Shown here in pieces: positions 58,110-64,000 of a stretch of DNA of 64,000 nucleotides. Origin of the DNA: an uncultured Gemmatimonadales bacterium (GTDB lineage Bacteria > Gemmatimonadota > Gemmatimonadetes > Gemmatimonadales > GWC2-71-9); contig CAWJMT010000004.1 of assembly GCA_963844035.1 (NCBI GenBank), positions 352,001-416,000 of the forward strand. The letters are read 5' to 3'. The first letter of the stretch is position 1, and every line of letters starts with the position of its first letter. The translations under genes and the position numbers were made by a program. The notes below the pieces were generated by a model. The model was not told the origin of the DNA. It made no database searches and saw only the letters and a list, made by a program, of their open reading frames with translations.

Positions 58110-58186
58110 CACAGACGGCGACGACGTGACAACCCGACCGCCCGACCGCCGCCTTTGTGGTTTGACCGCCTGACCGCCGCATCACA

Positions 58187-58216
58187 TTGTGGGTTCGAGT
58201 CCCACCACCAGCACCC
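58187..58216 (+). pseudogene. 3' fragment (T arm plus acceptor strand) of the CAC tRNA
   Basis: TTGTGGGTTCGAGTCCCACCACCAGCACCC, one mismatch to 57385-57414. Confidence 0.8.
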
Positions 58217-58268
58217 CCACTCTTAGGTGTCCATTGACTCGGCCGCGGCAATTCACGATGTTTTCACT

Positions 58269-58338
58269 GTGTGAGATCTCTGCGTAGCCAGTTTCGCTAC
58301 GCCAAGAAAGCCGGGGAGCGTAACGCTCTCCGGCTTTT
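58269..58338 (+). ncRNA. Putative antisense sRNA copy 3 (promoter TTGACT-17-GATGTT at 58234-58262)
   Basis: GUGUGAGAUCUCUGCGUAGC...GCUACGCCAAGAAAGCCGG...CCGGCUUUU. Confidence 0.65.
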
Positions 58339-58347
58339 GAGGCGTGT

Positions 58348-59827
58348 CTATGCCCGCCAACTCCGCGCAGCTCTCTCCACCAGCTTGCACCATCGCCCAG
58401 GTGTCGCGCTCGCAGTAGTCGAGCAGGTCCTGCCGCACGCGATCGCGCTCGTGCTGCGGGATCTTGTCCGCGACAAACAGGAGCCGCGCGATCTCGACGC
58501 TCGCGACGCCGGCCGTCCACGATCACGAGATCGTTGTAGGTCAGCTCGGGGACGAGGGGCGTGAGGATGTCCTTCAAGCTGAAGCTGCCCCTGAAATCGG
58601 GGTGGTAGACGCAGTTCTTCACGACCGGGATGCAGGTCGATCAGCTTCGCCTCGAGCGCCGTGAGCTCGGCGGCGAGGTCGGGCACCGCCCGTTGCAGCT
58701 CCCGGATGCGGGTCCTCTCGAATGGCGTGTACGTCGCCACCCGCTCGGCGTTGGCGGTCGCTCGCACCATCGCTTCAGCGAGCGGCGGGCGCGCGTCCTT
58801 CGGTCCTTCGGCGAGGAACGCCGCGTGAGTGTAGGTGCCGTCGGGCTGACGTTCGTGGTAGCTGAACTGAGCGGCGGCCTGCTGCCAGGGGGCCATGCCG
58901 GGCCAGACGGGGATCGCACGAGCGATGGTTTCGAAGTCGAGGAAGCCCAGGCGCCCCGCAAATGGCTCCAGCTCACTTCGCGAGCGTCGGCTCGACGATG
59001 ACGCGGTTCTCGGCCATCGCCTTGAGCTGGCGTTTCTGCGTGAAGTTGAGCTTCTCCTTCGCCGGCAACTGGCCGATCGAGGTGATGCCGCGCTCGAGAT
59101 AGGCCGACGGTCTTTTTCGGTCCCGACGCCGGCGAGGTTCCCGATATGGTCCGGCCCGTCGGGCCAGCAGCGCTTCAAGAACGGGCAGTCCCGCGGCTCG
59201 AAGCAGTGCGCGCCGATCGATACGTCGGGGAGCGGCCCGACGAGCATCGCCCGCTGCGCCGCGATCTCGTCCGGAACCGTGGGGAGCAGCGCGACTACCG
59301 CCCCGGTCACGTCGGTGCGGGCGAAGAGGTCGCCCGTGTCGGGATGCCGGAACTCCTTGTTGAGGTGCATCACCTCCGCGCTCGTGACGTTCACGCCGCA
59401 GGCCGCGGCGACGCGGGCCTGGATGGCGACGTCCGGGATGTGCTCGTCCTTCTGTGAGGTGGATGATTTCACCTCGGTCAGCCGGTAGCCGTCGTCCTGC
59501 TTCTCGAGCACGTCGATGGCGACGAACATGCCGTCGGCGATGAACGTCGCTTCGAAGACCGCGGGGGCGCCCGCATCAAGCGCCTTCTTCGTCGCCGCGA
59601 CGCGCTCGGCGCCCGCGTTGTGCGGCAGGTCGATCAGCACGCCACCCGGATATCGCGCGCGGGCCGCTTCGCCCACCTGGCGGCCCTGGTCGAAGAGGTC
59701 CTGTAGCACCTTGTCGGGCTGGAGCTCGAGCGGCGTCGGGCTCGTGCACTTCCCACCACAATTTCTTGTGGCATTGGAGGCCGGAGGTGAAGCGGGATTT
59801 GGAGAGGCGGGGGAGGGGCTGGGTCAT
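58348..59827 (-). CDS. DUF2779 domain protein (PD-(D/E)xK nuclease-like N-part plus RNase H-like C-part), frameshifted
   Basis: LSKSRF..GLQC.K.LW, DVL...EVKSST, C..PRDCPF..RCW, LDFET, QFSYH, GSFSLK, YCERDT. Confidence 0.85.
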
Positions 59828-59879
59828 GGCTCAAAGGTTAGCACCTGGGTGCGACAGGCGACAGGAGCGCGAGGAGGAC

Positions 59880-60179
59880 ATGTTGCGGCAGGACTCGTCG
59901 CTGCGGGCCTTGTTCTACCGCACCTGGGGGCTGGCGATCGTCACGGGGCATATCCCGCCCCACCCCCCCCCGGTGTCGGTCACGATCGATTGGGTGCCGA
60001 GGGTGCTGGTGGAACACCGCGATGGATCGAACCAGGACTCTCCTGATCCAGAGCCGAGCCAGCGGGTTTGTTTGGAGGACACCATGTCCGTAAGTGGTTG
60101 CCCGCCAAGCATCGGCGCCCGCGGGCTCGGGGGGCAATGTCCGGATTGGTCCGGAGAAACGCTTACGAAACAGTTGTAG
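59880..60179 (+). CDS. Hypothetical protein (weak)
   Basis: GAGGAGG RBS before ATG; no recognisable motif. Confidence 0.3.
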   Translation: MLRQDSSLRALFYRTWGLAIVTGHIPPHPPPVSVTIDWVPRVLVEHRDGSNQDSPDPEPSQRVCLEDTMSVSGCPPSIGARGLGGQCPDWSGETLTKQL

Positions 60180-60438
60180 AGAGTTCTGGTCGAAAACGAC
60201 TCTGCCTGAACCGAGGGCTCTCCTATCGCCTGATCAGGAGAGTGATCGCGTTTGCGGTCTTACAAAGGTTTCTGGCGAGCCTGCTGAACCCACTGTTTGA
60301 CCTGGGTCAGGAGGGTGCTGACTCCCTTGGGCAATGCAAGCGTCCGTTCAGGTATGCGCTCGCAGCATTGCGCCTGAGGTTGAAGGTCGTCCGTCGGGGC
60401 TCTAGTTGGCCGCTGCAGCCGCTCGTTATGTTTCCACG

Positions 60439-61266
60439 ATGACTCGACTCCGTCCCTCGGATCGAATTCGGCTAGTCAGCGATATCGGCAGAGCTGTTCA
60501 GGCAGCCATGAAGGTGGCGGATATCCCGGGCTATCTCAGGGCGTTTGGTGTCCAAGCCGACATTACGGGACCAGTAAGTAGCAAATGGGTACTCATCCGT
60601 GAGCTGCTCGGCGGACGAATCGGAAGAGACTATCCTCGCTATAGCGCGTGACCTGCATGTATCAGTGCCCGGAGAGGTCGCCCAGGGCGCTCTCGATTTG
60701 GCCCGTTTATTGTAGGACCGAGGCATGCAGGTCTGCCAGGAAGACTTTGCGCGCGCCCTTGAGACTGTGGAGGCCGATCCGGCCCAGGCGATCGGTCACG
60801 CCTGCGCGTCCTTGGAAAGCATCTGCAAGGCCATTCTGGATGCACTCTCGATTCCGTTTCCGAAGGACCAAACCCTGAAGCCGCTGGTTAGGGCGGTCGC
60901 TGATGAACTACAGCTTTCCCCGAAAGACACGCGGATGTCGACCTAAAGCAACTACTAGGGGGTCTTGCAAATGCCGCCGCGGGTATCGCTGTTATTCGGA
61001 CCAAGTACAGTACTTTTCACGGCAAGAGCCCAACCCAGCGGCGCCTTGTAGGGCGTCACGCGCGGCTGGCAGTTAATTCAGCCGCGGCCGTCAGACTATT
61101 CTTCGTGGAGACTTATCTGGCACGGTCCAAAGGCACGTCGAAGGATGATTTGGCAGAGATAGAGGAGCACATTGCTGACGTCGAAGAGATGCAGAACGCG
61201 CCATTCACCGAGGAAGGCAGACCTCGCATCCGAAGAATGTTTCGCCCACCACCCCGTCGAGACTAG
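60439..61266 (+). CDS. Abortive infection family protein (Abi_C C-terminal domain), frameshifted
   Basis: AIGHACASLESICKAIL, IRTKYSTFHG, RHARLAVNSA. Confidence 0.75.
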
Positions 61267-61317
61267 GATCTCATTTGCGCCGGCCTGAGAAGCGCTCAAG
61301 CTGGCGGCGCGGTGTGT

Positions 61318-62106
61318 TCAAGGTAGAAATCCATTTGTATTACATTTTATTTTATTTTGGATTATCTTTTTTACTGCTTTGATGCTGTCATATGTGTCTA
61401 TTAATAAAAAACCTCCAGGAAATATTTTTATAAATTCTTTAAATGCTAATTCTTCTTCATTAAAGCTCATAATAAATGAATGCGCCATGGTTCCACTGCT
61501 CGGAATCCCAAACTTGTATGATGCTAATGTATTGGAGGTTCCAGCACAGCCAGCTATGAAACTTGATCTGCTCGCTAAAAATGCTGCAAGTGGTCCGTGA
61601 GCTCTTCTAAAACCAAATTCTATTATTGGAATTCCCGCAGCTGCATTAACTATTCGTGATGCCTTAGAAGCAATGAGGGTTTGAAAATTTATTATTGATA
61701 AAATAAAAGTTTCGACTAGTTGTGCCTCCACTATTGGTGCCTCTATTCGTAGTAACGGTTCATTGGCAAAAATTATAGATCCCTCAGGTACTGCCCACAT
61801 ATTACCTGTAAACTTTAAATTTAAAAGAAAATCAAAAAATTTATCATCTGTTCTTTTGAAAATATCGTTACTTTTTAAAAAGATAATATGTTCAGGTTCA
61901 AATTTTAAATTTAAGAGAAATTCTATAACCTGTTTTAATCCTGCTGCAACTAAATATTTTCTATTCTTTGGAAGTGTTCTTACAAACATTTCAAATGTAG
62001 CTAGTTTATCACTTTGACATGCAGAAAAATATGCAGCTGCCATAGTTAGTTCATAAAAGTCAGTACTCAAAGAAGCATCATTGTAAAATTGGTCTAATTC
62101 AAACAA
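61318..62106 (-). CDS. pncB: Nicotinate phosphoribosyltransferase, 3'-truncated at the GC break
   Basis: TDFYELTM, EFGFRRAHG, GTSN, GTMAHS, LLIDTYD; ends where the RxDSG motif should follow. Confidence 0.9.
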   Translation of the reverse strand: MFELDQFYNDASLSTDFYELTMAAAYFSACQSDKLATFEMFVRTLPKNRKYLVAAGLKQVIEFLLNLKFEPEHIIFLKSNDIFKRTDDKFFDFLLNLKFTGNMWAVPEGSIIFANEPLLRIEAPIVEAQLVETFILSIINFQTLIASKASRIVNAAAGIPIIEFGFRRAHGPLAAFLASRSSFIAGCAGTSNTLASYKFGIPSSGTMAHSFIMSFNEEELAFKEFIKIFPGGFLLIDTYDSIKAVKKIIQNKIKCNTNGFLP

Positions 62107-62655
62107 ATTTATTTATACTATTATATGAATAGATTAAACATTAAAATATTTTGATAACAAGAAATTCAATTAGTAAGCTTCTCAATTGCTAAAAGAATGA
62201 AAAATCTTTATAATAGGATTTGAGGATATGATAATTAATAATTAATTATATCAATTAAAATAATACAATAAAATATTAATGTCACTAATCTAAATATAAT
62301 AAATTCTTGTTCAGTACAACTATTTTACATCATAAATGTTAGTTTGTATATCGGAGGAGATATTCTGTTATGTTGAATTTAATTTACTAGTTTTGCAATA
62401 AAAAATTGTCATTTTATTTTCAAAGATGTATATAATTAGCAATATATTGTACTTACATTGTTGTTTGACACATCTTCAAGTTAAAAAAATTTTGTAAAAT
62501 TCACAAATATTCTATTTTTAAATTATTAGTAGTTTCATTAGAATTGATCTGTAATTTGGGAAATGTTTATTACATGATAACTTCTAAATGATATATGATT
62601 TGATCTTAAGGTAAATCCAATCCCTTAAAGAGATTTAGGAATATAAGGTTCATCA

Positions 62656-63631
62656 CTAATCACTAATTGTATCTTTCATGATATACTCAATTAGTTCATT
62701 AAGATTGGCGCTAGCTATGCAACATACCTTATCTGCTCCTCCATAATACAACAAAATTTTTTTATCAATTACAACTGCACCAGTTGGAAAAACCACATTA
62801 TTAACATCGCCAATTTTCTCGTACTTTTCTACTGGTGCTAAAAGAGGCTGTTTTGTTCTTGCAATAACTTGCTTAGGATCTTTAAGGTCTAAAAGTGCCG
62901 CCCCAACACTGTAAATTCTATCTATGCTTACACCATGATAAAATAAGAGCCATCCCTTACTTGTTTTAATTGGTGAGGGGCCTGTCCCAATTTTGAGGTT
63001 CTCCCAAGGTTGTTCTGGCTTTAAAAGTATTATAGAATTATTTAAGGCATAGACTGAATTAGTTATACTTAAGCATATATCACGTCCTATTGTTTTAAGA
63101 TTAAGATCAGGTACTAATATCAGGCCTATGTAAAATGAGATAATACGTATTATTATTAGAAGATAAATTGTAATCTAAATTAAATTTTCCGGGAAAGAAT
63201 GTTATCCCTTTGTTATAATTAAAATTTTTAGTGATTATACCTAATTTATTAAATTCTTTATAGTCTTTTGTTACCGCTAAAGCAGAGAAAACTTTAGGAT
63301 AACTTTTTACATAATCAGAGAGAACTACATATGTAATAAAAATTTTGTCACCAATCTGTGTTGCACGTGGATCTTCCATTCCATATATTTCATATTCTTC
63401 TGTTGGAAAAATTGCAGGATTGTTACGTCTACTAAAATTAAAACCATCAGTGCTACTGGCATAACCTATTCGTGAAATATAAAGATCATATTCTCCAATT
63501 GCTCTATATAGCATATGAACATTCCTCCCATCATAAGATGCAGTACAATTAAAGACTGCCTTAGATTCCCACGAATTATTTTTATTGGGAGTAAGAATAG
63601 GATTCTTTGAATATCTCTTGAATATAGTCAA
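62656..63631 (-). CDS. GH130-like predicted glycosidase/phosphorylase (frameshift near 63110)
   Basis: NPIL, AVFN, LYRA, EDPR, HRP; second frame WLLFYHGV, GDVNNVVFPTG, YYGGAD. Confidence 0.88.
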
Positions 63632-64000
63632 ATTCAGCCTAATTGTTATTAGAAGTAGTATTTAATTACTGTTAAAAAACTGCATTGATATAATATTCAA
63701 AAATGTATATATTTACTACGACATTTTTTCAATGGGGACGGTAAAATAATACTTCTATCTTGTATCATTATATACAAATACAATAAATTGTATTCATGTA
63801 TGTAGATAGCATATTGAAGGCCATTTAAATAACCTAATACTAACCATCAGAATATTCATTACTTTGTAATTTTTTGAATAATAAATTTGTTTTAAAAATA
63901 AATACATATCGTTGTTATTGGAATCAAAAAAAGGATTAAAAAAGGGAGTAATAATTTGTTAATAGCCAAAAAATTATTCTACATTTATTTGTCTACCTTG

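Noticed and set aside
58187..58216. attR of a tRNA-integrated island
   Set aside because: Only about 800 bp from the tRNA, no integrase, and followed by its own promoter-antisense-terminator, which fits module duplication better. Not fully excluded.
61318..64000. Genuine horizontally acquired low-GC island
   Set aside because: Housekeeping gene cut mid-domain at the boundary and no mobility signatures; a chimera is more parsimonious.

Overview
Positions 1 to ~61,320 are high-GC bacterial DNA (roughly 65-70% by eye). The gene content resembles Gemmatimonadota (many Ser/Thr kinase fusions, pilin-Smr-RmuC, GACCGCC-type intergenic repeats); this taxonomy is inference. Many genes are broken by single-base indels typical of an unpolished long-read assembly. 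This part carries a desaturase and an R2-like ligand-binding oxidase, an RND efflux operon, a c-di-GMP-I riboswitch ahead of a small HExxH lipoprotein, a cobalamin-riboswitch-led B12 uptake operon, two kinase fusions, MATE, a DAC-like protein, a SNF2 helicase with a Cys/His-repeat partner, fbp, hemH, mgtE, cytochrome c peroxidase, a UvrD-DEDDh exonuclease fusion, a DUF2779 nuclease and an Abi_C protein. At ~61,320 the sequence switches abruptly to very AT-rich DNA (truncated nicotinate phosphoribosyltransferase, GH130-like glycosidase), most likely a chimeric join. The main finding is a repeated all-RNA module. Two tRNA genes with a textbook tRNA-Leu body but a CAC (Val) anticodon (38404-38487, 57328-57411) are each followed by a sigma70-like promoter and a ~70-80 nt terminator-ended small RNA. 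The first 19 nt of each small RNA are the exact reverse complement of its own tRNA's anticodon arm, and they co-vary between the two copies. Two further promoter-antisense-terminator units lack an intact tRNA (37252, 58269), and one of them predicts a GUC-anticodon partner. The module looks like a candidate miscoding-tRNA toxin / antisense-RNA antitoxin system.
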